This document shows positions 9,257 to 19,018 of a DNA stretch of 64,000 nt, piece by piece. The DNA is taken from the NCBI GenBank assembly GCA_902464275.1, contig CABQIK010000004.1, positions 18,479 to 82,478 of the forward strand. Direction: 5' to 3'. The stretch is from an uncultured Alphaproteobacteria bacterium (GTDB taxonomy: Bacteria > Pseudomonadota > Alphaproteobacteria > RF32 > CAG-239). The translations under genes were made by a program, and so were the position numbers. The first letter of the stretch is position 1; each line of letters begins with the position of its first letter. Under the pieces are notes generated by a model. The model saw only the letters and a program-made list of their open reading frames with translations, was not told the DNA's origin and made no database searches.

Positions 9257-10462
9257 ATGGAAACGAGAATTATGATTGAAAAGTTAAAAAAAACGGCGAC
9301 AAGTCGTAAATTATGGATATACGGCGCAATAATTTCAGTCTGCGTTTTGTTTTTACCGCAAATGTTCGGCAGTAAAGACGATGTTACGTATATAACCGAA
9401 GATGTTAAGCGGCAGAATATTGAAAAAGTGGTGAATGCCGCCGGCGAGGTCAGAGCAATTCAGTTGGTTGAGGTCGGCGCGCAGGTTTCAGGTAAAATTG
9501 AAAAACTGTATGTTAAAGTTGGGCAAGAAGTTAAATCCGGCGATATGATTGCTGAAATTGATTCCACCACTCAGCAAAATGAAGTTGATATTAATAAAGC
9601 TAAGTTAAGCAGTTATCAGGCGCAGCTTGCCGCCGCCAAAACATCATTGAACGTGGCGGAAAAACAGTATCAGCGTATGCAAAAGCTGAAAAAACAAAAT
9701 GCGGCTTCGTCAGAAGATTTGGAAAACAGCGAAGACGCTTACCAAACCGCAAAATCAAAAGTGGCGGAACTGACCGCGTCGGTTAAAGAAACCGAAATTT
9801 CATTAAGCACGGCGGAAACCAATTTGGGTTATACCCGTATTACCGCTCCACTTGACGGCACGGTTGTTTCAGTTCCGGTAAAAGTAGGGCAAACCATTAA
9901 CGCTGCTATGGATACGCCGACCATTGTGCAAATTGCCGATTTAAGCCAAATGGAGATTTTGATTGAAATTTCAGAGGGCGATATTTCTGAAATCAAAGCA
10001 GGAGTTAAGGTTACCTATTCTATATTGGCAGATTTAAATCATGTGTATGAAACAACTTTAAAATCTATTGATCCGGCGCTTACGTTGTTGACCAACGGAA
10101 CATATTCGGAAGTTGTGGGCGATGATGAGGCAATTTACTATTACGGCCGTTTGATTGTGCCTAATGATGAGGGAAAATTGAGAATCGGCATGACGACTCA
10201 AAATGTGATTTATGTTGAAAATGCCGAGAATGTACTTTCGGTTCCGGTTATGGCGGTAAAAGGAAAGGCAAATGAGCAGTATGTTGAAGTTTTGACTAAA
10301 ACAGGCTTGCAACAAAAGCCGGTTGAAATCGGAATTTCCGACGGATTGCATATTGAAATTAAAAGCGGCTTAAATGAAGGCGACAAAGTGGTTTTGGCGC
10401 ACATGTCTTCGGCTGAAATTTCAGACAAGACTGCCAATATCAAAGGTCCAAGGAGATTCTAA
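9257..10462 (+). CDS. macA: macrolide-type efflux periplasmic adaptor (HlyD/MFP family)
   Basis: Single TM, coiled-coil region, lipoyl/beta-barrel MFP signature. ggag SD before the ATG at 9257; the track's 9239 start is a GTG. Confidence 0.8.
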   Translation: METRIMIEKLKKTATSRKLWIYGAIISVCVLFLPQMFGSKDDVTYITEDVKRQNIEKVVNAAGEVRAIQLVEVGAQVSGKIEKLYVKVGQEVKSGDMIAEIDSTTQQNEVDINKAKLSSYQAQLAAAKTSLNVAEKQYQRMQKLKKQNAASSEDLENSEDAYQTAKSKVAELTASVKETEISLSTAETNLGYTRITAPLDGTVVSVPVKVGQTINAAMDTPTIVQIADLSQMEILIEISEGDISEIKAGVKVTYSILADLNHVYETTLKSIDPALTLLTNGTYSEVVGDDEAIYYYGRLIVPNDEGKLRIGMTTQNVIYVENAENVLSVPVMAVKGKANEQYVEVLTKTGLQQKPVEIGISDGLHIEIKSGLNEGDKVVLAHMSSAEISDKTANIKGPRRF

Positions 10463-10463
10463 G

Positions 10464-12404
10464 ATGAATATCATTGAACTGAAAAAAATTAATAAATTTT
10501 TCGGTGAAAACGCTAATCGGGTTCATGTGCTTAAAGATGTTAATTTTTCAGTTGAAAAAGGCGATTTTGTTGCCATTATCGGACAATCAGGTTCCGGAAA
10601 ATCCACAATGATGAATATTATAGGGTGTTTAGATGTGCCGACTTCCGGCTCTTATAAAATAAACAGAGTTGAGGTTGGCAAAATGAACAAGGACGAATTG
10701 GCAGATTTGCGCTCTAAAACATTCGGCTTTATTTTTCAGCGTTATAATTTGCTTTCAAGCTTAAAAGCTGATGAGAATGCCGCGCTGCCGGCGGTTTATT
10801 TGGGGCTTAATGCTGAAGCTCGCAATAAACGGGCGGTGGAATTGTTAAAAAAACTTGAGCTTGGCGATAAAGTTAACAACAAACCGAACGAACTTTCCGG
10901 CGGACAGCAGCAACGCGTGAGTATTGCCCGCGCTTTAATGAACGGCGGCGAAATTATTTTGGCAGATGAACCAACCGGCGCGCTTGATTCAAAAAGTGGC
11001 GAGCGGGTTATGGAAATTATTAAAGAGTTGCACAAGCAGGGACATACCATAATTTTGGTAACCCATGACAGCCATATTGCCGCGCAGGCAAGCAGAATTA
11101 TTGAAATTAAAGACGGGCAGGTGGTGTCAGACACGCGCAAGTCAGACACTATATATCCGGTGGCGGAAAAGGTTGAGCACAATAAAAAAAGCAAGTTTGA
11201 TACATTTAAGTACAGTTTTATGGAATCGTTTAAAATGTCGGTTCATGCCATTTTATCTAATAAAATGCGCTCGCTGTTGACGATGCTCGGTATTATTATC
11301 GGTATTGCTTCCGTGGTTTCGGTGGTGGCTTTGGGTAACGCGTCACAGCAAAAAATTATGGAGCAAATTAATTCTATGGGCACCAATACCATTGATATTT
11401 TGCCGGGAACAGGTTTTGGCGACCGGCGCGCCATGAGAGTGCGTACCTTAAAAATCAGCGACTCTGATTATTTGGGTAAACAAAGCTTTATAGACAATTC
11501 AACCCCGAAAGTTTCCGCTAACGGTAATTTGGTGTATGAAAACCAAGCCTTAACCGCGCAGCTTACAGGAGTAGGCGAGGCGTTTTTTGAAGTTAAAGGA
11601 CGCAAAATTGCTTTAGGACGCATTTTTACGCAAGGCGAGGTTGACGATATGGCCTCGGTGGTTGTAATTGATGATAACACCCGTAAACAGTTGTTTGAAA
11701 ATGATCCTGACCCGATTGGCAAGATTTTAATTTTTAACAAAAAACCGCTGAAAATCATCGGCATTACCGAGCCATACAACGCCCCCGGTCCGATGTCGGA
11801 TTCTATGAACTTGTGGACTCCGTATACGACCGCAATGTATAAAATTAACGGTACTAACGATATTGATTCAATTACGGTAAAAATTAACGATGCGGTAAAT
11901 TCGCAAGTGGCGGAAGAAAGTATTGAAAATATTTTAACCTCACTGCACGGTAAAAAAGACTTTTTTATGATTAATACCGACAGCATTAAGCAAACAGTGG
12001 AAAGCGCAACCAATACCATGAAGCTTTTGATTGCCAGCATTGCGGTAATTTCATTGATTGTCGGCGGTATCGGGGTGATGAATATTATGTTGGTATCGGT
12101 TACCGAGCGTACGCGCGAAATCGGTATCAGAATGGCTATTGGCGCCAAACAAGCCGATATCTTACAGCAGTTTTTAATTGAGGCAGTGTTAATTTGTTTG
12201 GTCGGCGGTTTTATGGGAGTGACGCTCTCATTATTGATAGGCGCCGGATTTAATACTTTTTCGGAAGATTTCGGTATGATTTTTTCAACATCGTCCATAA
12301 TTTTGGCGTTAAGCTGTTCAAGCGCAATCGGTATAATATTCGGATATATGCCGGCAAGAAACGCTTCAAACCTTAATCCTATTGATGCATTAGCGAGTGA
12401 ATAA
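10464..12404 (+). CDS. macB: MacB-type ABC transporter (fused ATPase plus FtsX-like permease)
   Basis: Walker A GQSGSGKST, LSGGQQQRV signature, C-terminal 4-TM permease with a large periplasmic loop. aggag SD; the upstream start in the track overlaps macA. Confidence 0.85.
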   Translation: MNIIELKKINKFFGENANRVHVLKDVNFSVEKGDFVAIIGQSGSGKSTMMNIIGCLDVPTSGSYKINRVEVGKMNKDELADLRSKTFGFIFQRYNLLSSLKADENAALPAVYLGLNAEARNKRAVELLKKLELGDKVNNKPNELSGGQQQRVSIARALMNGGEIILADEPTGALDSKSGERVMEIIKELHKQGHTIILVTHDSHIAAQASRIIEIKDGQVVSDTRKSDTIYPVAEKVEHNKKSKFDTFKYSFMESFKMSVHAILSNKMRSLLTMLGIIIGIASVVSVVALGNASQQKIMEQINSMGTNTIDILPGTGFGDRRAMRVRTLKISDSDYLGKQSFIDNSTPKVSANGNLVYENQALTAQLTGVGEAFFEVKGRKIALGRIFTQGEVDDMASVVVIDDNTRKQLFENDPDPIGKILIFNKKPLKIIGITEPYNAPGPMSDSMNLWTPYTTAMYKINGTNDIDSITVKINDAVNSQVAEESIENILTSLHGKKDFFMINTDSIKQTVESATNTMKLLIASIAVISLIVGGIGVMNIMLVSVTERTREIGIRMAIGAKQADILQQFLIEAVLICLVGGFMGVTLSLLIGAGFNTFSEDFGMIFSTSSIILALSCSSAIGIIFGYMPARNASNLNPIDALASE

Positions 12405-12405
12405 C

Positions 12406-13770
12406 ATGAAAAAGAATATGGTTTTTAAATCTTTGGTTTTAACGTTTTTATTGGCAACGCTCGGCTGCGCGGCAAATAAATACGAATCGCATACGCTTGA
12501 AGATGAGCTCGGGCAATATGACAGCGCGCGTTATAAGGCTGACGGCGAATGGTGGCGCGAATATAACAATGCGGAGCTTAACCGCTTGGTGGAAACGGCG
12601 CTACAAAAAAATCCTGATTATTTGCGCGCGGCGATAAATATTAATAAAGAACTTTATAGTTTAAAGTTGCAAACGCTTGATTTGTTTCCGACTTTAGCGG
12701 GCAAGCTTAACGCTTCTTCGCAGAGTGAAGTTAAGCGCACCGATAATTTTTCAAGCAATTTTTCAGGCGAGCTCGGCTTAACGTATGAAGTTGATTTGTA
12801 CGGTAAAATTCGTAATTTGCAAACTGCGCAGGAATTTGAATATAAAGCGACTGAACAAGATAAAGAATCGGCGCGTTTGAGCCTTGTCAACAGTGTGGTT
12901 GATTTGTATTTTAATTTGGCATACTTAAACAATGCGATTGCTTTAACCGAAAAGAACATCGCGCTTTATCAAAATTTGTATAATATATCGGCGCAAAAAT
13001 ACCAAAGCGGCAAAACTGACGACATAGAATATTTGCAAACTAAGCAAAGCCTACTCTCAGAAGAAAATAAACTGCTTGATTTACAAACGTCATTTAAAGA
13101 ACAAGAACGCAGTTTGCGCAATATTTTAAGCGCTAAGCCCGATGAAGATTTAAATTTAGAGTTTATCGGCCTTATAGAGCAAAAGTCGCTTAATGTTAAT
13201 ATGGAAACGCCGCTTGCGGTGCTTGCTAAGCGTCCGGATTTGCTTGCCGGTCAATATCGGTTGGAAAAAGCGTTTAAAAACTTAAAAGCCGAAGATAAAA
13301 ACTGGTATCCGACCATTTCACTCAAAGGGGCGATTAATTCGGCTTCTGACAAGGCGCGCACTACGTTTGATTTTCCATACTTGCTCGGCAGCGTGGGGGT
13401 TGATTTGCCGTTTTTAGATTGGAACAGAGTTAAAAACAATGTTAAAATTTCGGAGGCAGATTATAATTTGGCGCTGATTGATTTTAAGGATAACTTAAAT
13501 CAGGCTCTAAATGAAGTCGCTTATTATTACTTCGCATATCAAAAAGCAGGACAGCAATATGATAATGTTGAGCAAAATTATAATAATGCCGTAAAAATCA
13601 GCAAATATTATCAGGCACGTTATAATAACGGCAAAATAGAGTTTAAGGATTATTTGGAAGCAATTAATACGGAAAATGAGCTGTATAAAAGTTTAATTGA
13701 GCAAAAATATCAGATAATCAAATATGAAAACTATATCTTTAAGGCCATGGGCGGGAAGTACGGCGCTTAA
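12406..13770 (+). CDS. outer membrane factor lipoprotein (TolC/NodT family)
   Basis: Lipobox LLATLGC; two tandem OEP-type repeats; directly follows macB. Confidence 0.75.
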   Translation: MKKNMVFKSLVLTFLLATLGCAANKYESHTLEDELGQYDSARYKADGEWWREYNNAELNRLVETALQKNPDYLRAAININKELYSLKLQTLDLFPTLAGKLNASSQSEVKRTDNFSSNFSGELGLTYEVDLYGKIRNLQTAQEFEYKATEQDKESARLSLVNSVVDLYFNLAYLNNAIALTEKNIALYQNLYNISAQKYQSGKTDDIEYLQTKQSLLSEENKLLDLQTSFKEQERSLRNILSAKPDEDLNLEFIGLIEQKSLNVNMETPLAVLAKRPDLLAGQYRLEKAFKNLKAEDKNWYPTISLKGAINSASDKARTTFDFPYLLGSVGVDLPFLDWNRVKNNVKISEADYNLALIDFKDNLNQALNEVAYYYFAYQKAGQQYDNVEQNYNNAVKISKYYQARYNNGKIEFKDYLEAINTENELYKSLIEQKYQIIKYENYIFKAMGGKYGA

Positions 13771-14507
13771 TACATAACTTTGTTTAAGTACAGTCCGCAG
13801 GCCGGGGCGGTTACTCCGGCTTTGGCGCGGCATTTGCTTTCCAGAATATTTTTAACGTCATCGGGGGTTAAGTGTTTGTCGCCAACCATTTTTAAGGTTC
13901 CGACCATATTGCGCACCTGATGGTATAAAAAGGAGCGCGCCTCAACAATAAAATCTATTTCATCGCCGTTTTGAATAATATCAAGCTTGTCTAAGGTTTT
14001 AAGAGGCGAAAGAGCCTGACAGCCGGCGCCGCGGAAAGAGCTGAAGTCATGATGCCCGAGCAGGTGTTTTGCGCCTTCGCGCATTAAATCAACGTTAAGC
14101 GGATAGCCGACATGCCAAACGCGGTTTTCAAGCAAAACGGTGCGCGCTCGGCGGTTTAATATGCGGTAAATGTAACCGCGTCCGACGGCTGAAAAACGGG
14201 CGTGAAAATTATCAGGCGCCTGCTCAACGTTAATGACGGCAACCGGAGCCGCCATATCGCGCAAATTGGCGTTAAAGGCTTCGCGAATCCGGAACAATTC
14301 CATATCGGTATTTAAATCAAAATGGGCAACCTGAGCCAAGGCATGTACTCCGGCATCTGTGCGTCCTGCGGCATAAATTTCAGATTTTTGGTGGGTAAAG
14401 CTAAACAGCGCGGTTTCAAGATATTCTTGCGCGCTCATTCCTTCTTGCTGTTTTTGCCAACCGACAAGGTTGGTGCCGTCATATTCTATGGTTATTTTGT
14501 ATCGCAT
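13767..14507 (-). CDS. truA: tRNA pseudouridine(38-40) synthase
   Basis: 246 aa; YDGT..GWQ and RTDAGVHA motifs. Confidence 0.85.
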   Translation of the reverse strand: MRYKITIEYDGTNLVGWQKQQEGMSAQEYLETALFSFTHQKSEIYAAGRTDAGVHALAQVAHFDLNTDMELFRIREAFNANLRDMAAPVAVINVEQAPDNFHARFSAVGRGYIYRILNRRARTVLLENRVWHVGYPLNVDLMREGAKHLLGHHDFSSFRGAGCQALSPLKTLDKLDIIQNGDEIDFIVEARSFLYHQVRNMVGTLKMVGDKHLTPDDVKNILESKCRAKAGVTAPACGLYLNKVMY

Positions 14508-14544
14508 GCCAACATCAATAATCTATTTTACTTGTTATTGCAAG

Positions 14545-14572
14545 AAAAAAGCCGGAGTATTTGCTCCGGCCG
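14545..14572 (-). terminator. intrinsic terminator (minus strand)
   Basis: gccggag...ctccggc stem; T-run on the minus strand. Confidence 0.5.
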
Positions 14573-14590
14573 TGGAAGTATAAAATCAAT

Positions 14591-15610
14591 TTAAGCAACC
14601 AACTTTAAGCCGGTTTCTTGTTTTTCTTTAAAAAAACCAAGCTTACGTTGTACCTCCCAAATAACACGTAAAGCATTGAGAGCATTTTCTCCGGTAATAC
14701 GAGGAGTTGCCTCGCCTCTGATACAAGCCGTAAAGTGGCTGAGCTCGGCGCTTAACGGTTGATTGGTAGGAATAAAGAGCTGTTCAACACTGCCTTTTAA
14801 GCCGTAATTCATCCAGTCAGGGATGCTTTCTTGGTTAACATAAGGCATACGTCCTTGCGAGTGAACGTTAATGCTTTGATTGATAAAGTCCATATCAATG
14901 TAGTTGGTGTCAGTGGTGACAGTTAAAGTGCGCACGCGGGCTTGAGTGATACGGCTCGCCGTTAAGTTGGCGGTAGCGCCGTTTGCAAATTCAAGCAAAG
15001 CGGAAATGTAATCTTTACCTTCCGGTTTGTCGGCGGTTTTAACCGAGCAAGCCTGAACATTAACAACCGGAGATTTAACTAAAGACTGAATAACTTCAAC
15101 GTCGTGAATCATTAAGTCCATAGCAACGTCAACATCGGTAATACGACCGCTGGCCGCCGACATACGCTGAGCGGTTAAAGAACGAATTTTGGAAGTATCG
15201 GATAAAATTTTGCCCATCTGCTCAACGGCCGGATTAAAGCGTTCAATATGGCCGACCAATAAAGTTACGTTGTTCTTTTTAGCGGCGTTGATTAAGCGCA
15301 TGCACTCATCTTCAGTGGTGGCTAACGGTTTTTCAATTAAGCAGTGAATGCCGTGATTTAAGAAAAACTCGCCAACATCGGCGTGAGTGGTTGAGGTGGT
15401 AACCACGCTGACGGCGTTAACGCTTTTGGCAACTTCTTCCATTGATGAAAAAGCTTTAATGCCAAACATTTCAGCCGCATTTTCAGCCGCTTCCGGAAAA
15501 ATATCATATACGCCGACAAGCTCAACATTAGGCAGATTTTTGTATGTTTTTAAGTGGTTTTTGCCCATAACACCGGCGCCGATAACGGCAACTTTAATGG
15601 TATCAGTCAT
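14591..15610 (-). CDS. Gfo/Idh/MocA-family NAD(P)-dependent oxidoreductase
   Basis: N-terminal Rossmann motif KVAVIGAGVMGKNH; 339 aa. Confidence 0.75.
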   Translation of the reverse strand: MTDTIKVAVIGAGVMGKNHLKTYKNLPNVELVGVYDIFPEAAENAAEMFGIKAFSSMEEVAKSVNAVSVVTTSTTHADVGEFFLNHGIHCLIEKPLATTEDECMRLINAAKKNNVTLLVGHIERFNPAVEQMGKILSDTSKIRSLTAQRMSAASGRITDVDVAMDLMIHDVEVIQSLVKSPVVNVQACSVKTADKPEGKDYISALLEFANGATANLTASRITQARVRTLTVTTDTNYIDMDFINQSINVHSQGRMPYVNQESIPDWMNYGLKGSVEQLFIPTNQPLSAELSHFTACIRGEATPRITGENALNALRVIWEVQRKLGFFKEKQETGLKLVA

Positions 15611-15715
15611 TTAAAATCCTTTGTAATTTACGAAAAACTGAGCCTTTTATAGCACATTTTTCGTCAAATTGCTTTTAAAAAGATGTTACATATTGTTACA
15701 GGCCGGTTAACGCGT

Positions 15716-16786
15716 TTATTCCATTTCAGCCAAACGGCGAGCTTGGTCTTCAGTGACTAATGCCTCAATAATTTCGCCCAAAGCCTCGCCGGAAACCACT
15801 TCGTCAAGTTTGTAAAGGGTAAGGTTAATGCGGTGGTCGGTAACGCGGCCTTGCGGGTAGTTATAAGTGCGGATACGCTCGCTGCGGTCACCACTGCCGA
15901 CTTGGGTTTTACGCTTTTCGGCATAGTTGGCGTCAATGCTTTCTTTTTGCATGTCATAGAGTTTGGCGCGCAGGTGGTTCATGGCTTTTTCACGGTTTTT
16001 GAACTGTGAGCGGTCATCTTGGCATTGTACCACCACGCCAGTCGGAATATGGGTGATACGAACCGCGGACTCGGTTTTGTTAACGTGTTGTCCGCCCGCG
16101 CCCGATGAACGGTAAACGTCAACTTTTAAGTCGGCCGGATTGATGTATAAGTCAACCTCTTCAATTTCAGGCAAAACGGCAACGGTGGCGGCGGAAGTGT
16201 GCACGCGTCCTTGTGATTCGGTTACAGGAACACGTTGCACGCGGTGGGCGCCGGATTCAAATTTAAGCTTGGCAAATACGTCTTTGCCGGTAATTTTGGC
16301 AGAAGCTTCTTTGTAGCCGCCCAAACCGTTTTCGTTGGCGTCCAAAACCTCAAATTTCCAACCTTGTTTTTGTGAATAACGCTGATACATTTCAAACAAA
16401 ACAGCGGCAAACAAGGCGGCTTCGTCACCGCCGGTTCCGGCGCGAACTTCCAAAATGGCGTTCTTTTCGTCATCTTCCGACTTCGGTAACAGCAAAATTT
16501 TAATTTCATGCTCCATTTCAGGGAGTTTTTCTTTTAACTCATAATATTCGCTTTCCGCCATTTCGCGCATTTCTTTATCAAGCGACGAATCGTCCATCAT
16601 TTGCTTGGCGTCATTTAAATTGGCGGCGGCATGCTGATATTTTTTGATAGCCTCAACCACCGGCGTTAATAATGAAAGTTCTTTGTTAAGCTTAACAAGC
16701 TCATCGGAAGATACGTTTCCGGTTAACAAAGATTCAATTTCTTCATGGCGGCGAACCACGCCGTCAAGTTTTTCTTCAAAATTCAT
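15716..16786 (-). CDS. prfA: peptide chain release factor 1
   Basis: GGQ motif ([11 protein letters not shown]) and PxT-type region; 356 aa. Confidence 0.9.
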   Translation of the reverse strand: MNFEEKLDGVVRRHEEIESLLTGNVSSDELVKLNKELSLLTPVVEAIKKYQHAAANLNDAKQMMDDSSLDKEMREMAESEYYELKEKLPEMEHEIKILLLPKSEDDEKNAILEVRAGTGGDEAALFAAVLFEMYQRYSQKQGWKFEVLDANENGLGGYKEASAKITGKDVFAKLKFESGAHRVQRVPVTESQGRVHTSAATVAVLPEIEEVDLYINPADLKVDVYRSSGAGGQHVNKTESAVRITHIPTGVVVQCQDDRSQFKNREKAMNHLRAKLYDMQKESIDANYAEKRKTQVGSGDRSERIRTYNYPQGRVTDHRINLTLYKLDEVVSGEALGEIIEALVTEDQARRLAEME

Positions 16787-16787
16787 C

Positions 16788-18020
16788 TTAAATTTCCTTC
16801 AGCAAATTATTAATGGCAACGAGTTTTTGTTCGCCGCTGTCTAAATTTTTGACGGTAACATTGCCGCCGGCAAACTCGTCAGAGCCGATAATTACGGCTT
16901 TGCAGGCGTTGGCTTTGTTGGCCTTTATCATACGTTTTTTGATATTGCCGCTATAACTGTGTTCAACACGGTGGCCGGCTTTGCGCAAATCATAGGCAAT
17001 TTTTAAGGCAGTTTCAGCCATATCTTCGCCAACCGGAATTACGGCAATCGGGCGAGCCGGTTCAACATCTGCCTCAAGCAGCATAGAAAGGCGTTCAACC
17101 CCGCAAGCCCAACCGATACCGGCAACTTCGCCGCCGCCCATTTGGGCAACCAGACCGTCATATCTGCCGCCGGCAAGCACGGTGCCCTGAGCGCCGAGTT
17201 TATCAGTGGTCAGTTCAAATACGGTATGCGAATAGTAATCTAAACCGCGTACTAAACGGTTGTTGACACGATATTTAATATTTAATAAATCAAGACCTTT
17301 CAGCACCGCATTAAAGAAGGCGGCAGATTCTTCATTTAAGCTGTCGGCATAAAGAGGAGCGCCGGCCACAACCGCTTTATCGCATTCTTCTTTAGAATCT
17401 AAAATGCGCAACGGGTTTTTGGTCAGGCGGTTTTTGCTGTCTTCTGACAGTTCGTCATAATGCTGATTTAAGTAATTTACCAGTTTTTCACGGTAAGCGT
17501 CGCGGCTGGCCGCATCGCCTAAAGAGTTGATTTCAACCGTAACGGCGCCGGCAAGGCCGAGTTTTTCAAGGAACTCATAAGCCATGGCAATAACTTCAAT
17601 ATCGGCTTGCGGCGAGGCCACGCCCAACATCTCAACCCCAAACTGGGTAAATTGGCGCTGACGACCTTTTTGCGGACGCTCATAACGGAACATCGGTCCT
17701 TGATAATAAAGCTTAACCGGCAGGTTTTGCTGCATGCCTTCAGAAATAAAAGAGCGCACAACGCCGGCCGTGCCTTCGGGACGCAGAGTTAAACTTTCGC
17801 CGCCGCGATCTTGAAAACAATACATTTCTTTGGTAACAATATCAGAGGTATCGCCCAAATTGCGCGAAAAAACCTCGGTAAATTCAAAAATAGGGGTTTC
17901 AATTTCATCAAAACCGTACTTTTCAACCACTTCGGAGGCGGTGGTGATAACTTTTTTAACTTTTCTTTTAGCGGCGCCATATAAATCATAAGTTCCGCGA
18001 ACATTTTGTAATTTTGCCAT
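16788..18020 (-). CDS. hisS: histidyl-tRNA synthetase
   Basis: Class II aaRS motifs, 410 aa, HisRS-like anticodon-binding C-terminus. Confidence 0.9.
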   Translation of the reverse strand: MAKLQNVRGTYDLYGAAKRKVKKVITTASEVVEKYGFDEIETPIFEFTEVFSRNLGDTSDIVTKEMYCFQDRGGESLTLRPEGTAGVVRSFISEGMQQNLPVKLYYQGPMFRYERPQKGRQRQFTQFGVEMLGVASPQADIEVIAMAYEFLEKLGLAGAVTVEINSLGDAASRDAYREKLVNYLNQHYDELSEDSKNRLTKNPLRILDSKEECDKAVVAGAPLYADSLNEESAAFFNAVLKGLDLLNIKYRVNNRLVRGLDYYSHTVFELTTDKLGAQGTVLAGGRYDGLVAQMGGGEVAGIGWACGVERLSMLLEADVEPARPIAVIPVGEDMAETALKIAYDLRKAGHRVEHSYSGNIKKRMIKANKANACKAVIIGSDEFAGGNVTVKNLDSGEQKLVAINNLLKEI

Positions 18021-18094
18021 GTTATTTTTCCTAATTTATTTAAACAAAGAAACGGCGCAGAAAATCTGAGCCATTTCTTAAAATGACAGCAATG

Positions 18095-18970
18095 CTAATG
18101 GTTTAAAAATTTATCAAGCGCAATGCCGGTTTGCTTGCGCGGGCCGGCAACTTTGGTTAATTGTCCGTCAATGTAAACATCAACATTGTAATAACGGCCG
18201 ACCGATAAAATTAAGCCTTCTTTATCAGGCACGTTGTAAACGTAACCTTTGGGCTTAATGCCGGTATCATAAACTTTTTGGTCATCACGCACTTCAAACC
18301 AAGATTCGCCGTTAAATTTGATTACCACACGGCTTTCAGATGCGGCTTGCGGTTCTTCTTCGACAACAGGGGGTTCGGCGTAGCTTTCATCTGATATGGT
18401 TATTTGATTATCTTCAATCGGAGTTTCGGTTTCAGCTTCCGGCGGTGTGATAATTTCATCAATATTTATCGGTTTTTCAGAGTCGGTATCGGAAATTTGC
18501 TCTTCATCAGCCGGTTGATATTCATCAATCGCGGTTTCAGCTTTTTTGGGAGAGCAACTTAATAAGAGCCAAGCCAGATAAATAAGCACCACGGCAATAA
18601 TGCCGATTGATATTTGTTTTTTGTTGGGAATAGTTAACTTAGTATGTTTTTCAATAACCTTTTTGTCGTTTCTGTTTTGATCAGTGTTTTTTTGAGGCAT
18701 AGCCTCGGATTTATAACACTGAACAATACGGTCGGCATTAAGACCTAAATATTCGGCATACGAGCGGATAAAACCGGTGCCGTAAGGAACGGGAGGAAGC
18801 TCTTTAAAGTTGCTTTCTTCAAGGGCTTTAATGTAAATTTTACGAATACACAAAGCTTTAGATACCGTGTCTAAAGTTTTTTTCTGATTTAAACGCGTGT
18901 ATTTTAAAAACATACCGACAGTAGTTGCTTCCTCAACGGCGTTTGGTGTTTTTTCAGGTTGTTTTTCCAA
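18095..18970 (-). CDS. rodZ: RodZ-like cytoskeleton protein (HTH, TM, DUF4115)
   Basis: N-terminal XRE-type HTH, single TM, Pro/Glu-rich linker, C-terminal RodZ_C-like beta domain. Confidence 0.65.
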   Translation of the reverse strand: MEKQPEKTPNAVEEATTVGMFLKYTRLNQKKTLDTVSKALCIRKIYIKALEESNFKELPPVPYGTGFIRSYAEYLGLNADRIVQCYKSEAMPQKNTDQNRNDKKVIEKHTKLTIPNKKQISIGIIAVVLIYLAWLLLSCSPKKAETAIDEYQPADEEQISDTDSEKPINIDEIITPPEAETETPIEDNQITISDESYAEPPVVEEEPQAASESRVVIKFNGESWFEVRDDQKVYDTGIKPKGYVYNVPDKEGLILSVGRYYNVDVYIDGQLTKVAGPRKQTGIALDKFLNH

Positions 18971-19018
18971 TTTCAGGCATCCTTTATATAAATTTTTTAC
19001 ATTAAATCACACTTTTTA

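Noticed and set aside
11468-12298. 276-aa antisense ORF inside macB; many similar shadow ORFs elsewhere (for example 10796-11194, 23159-24196, 41916-42299 and 47982-49007)
   Set aside because: They lie opposite well-supported conserved genes, have no SD, and have biased Ser/Pro/Cys-rich composition typical of antisense frames.
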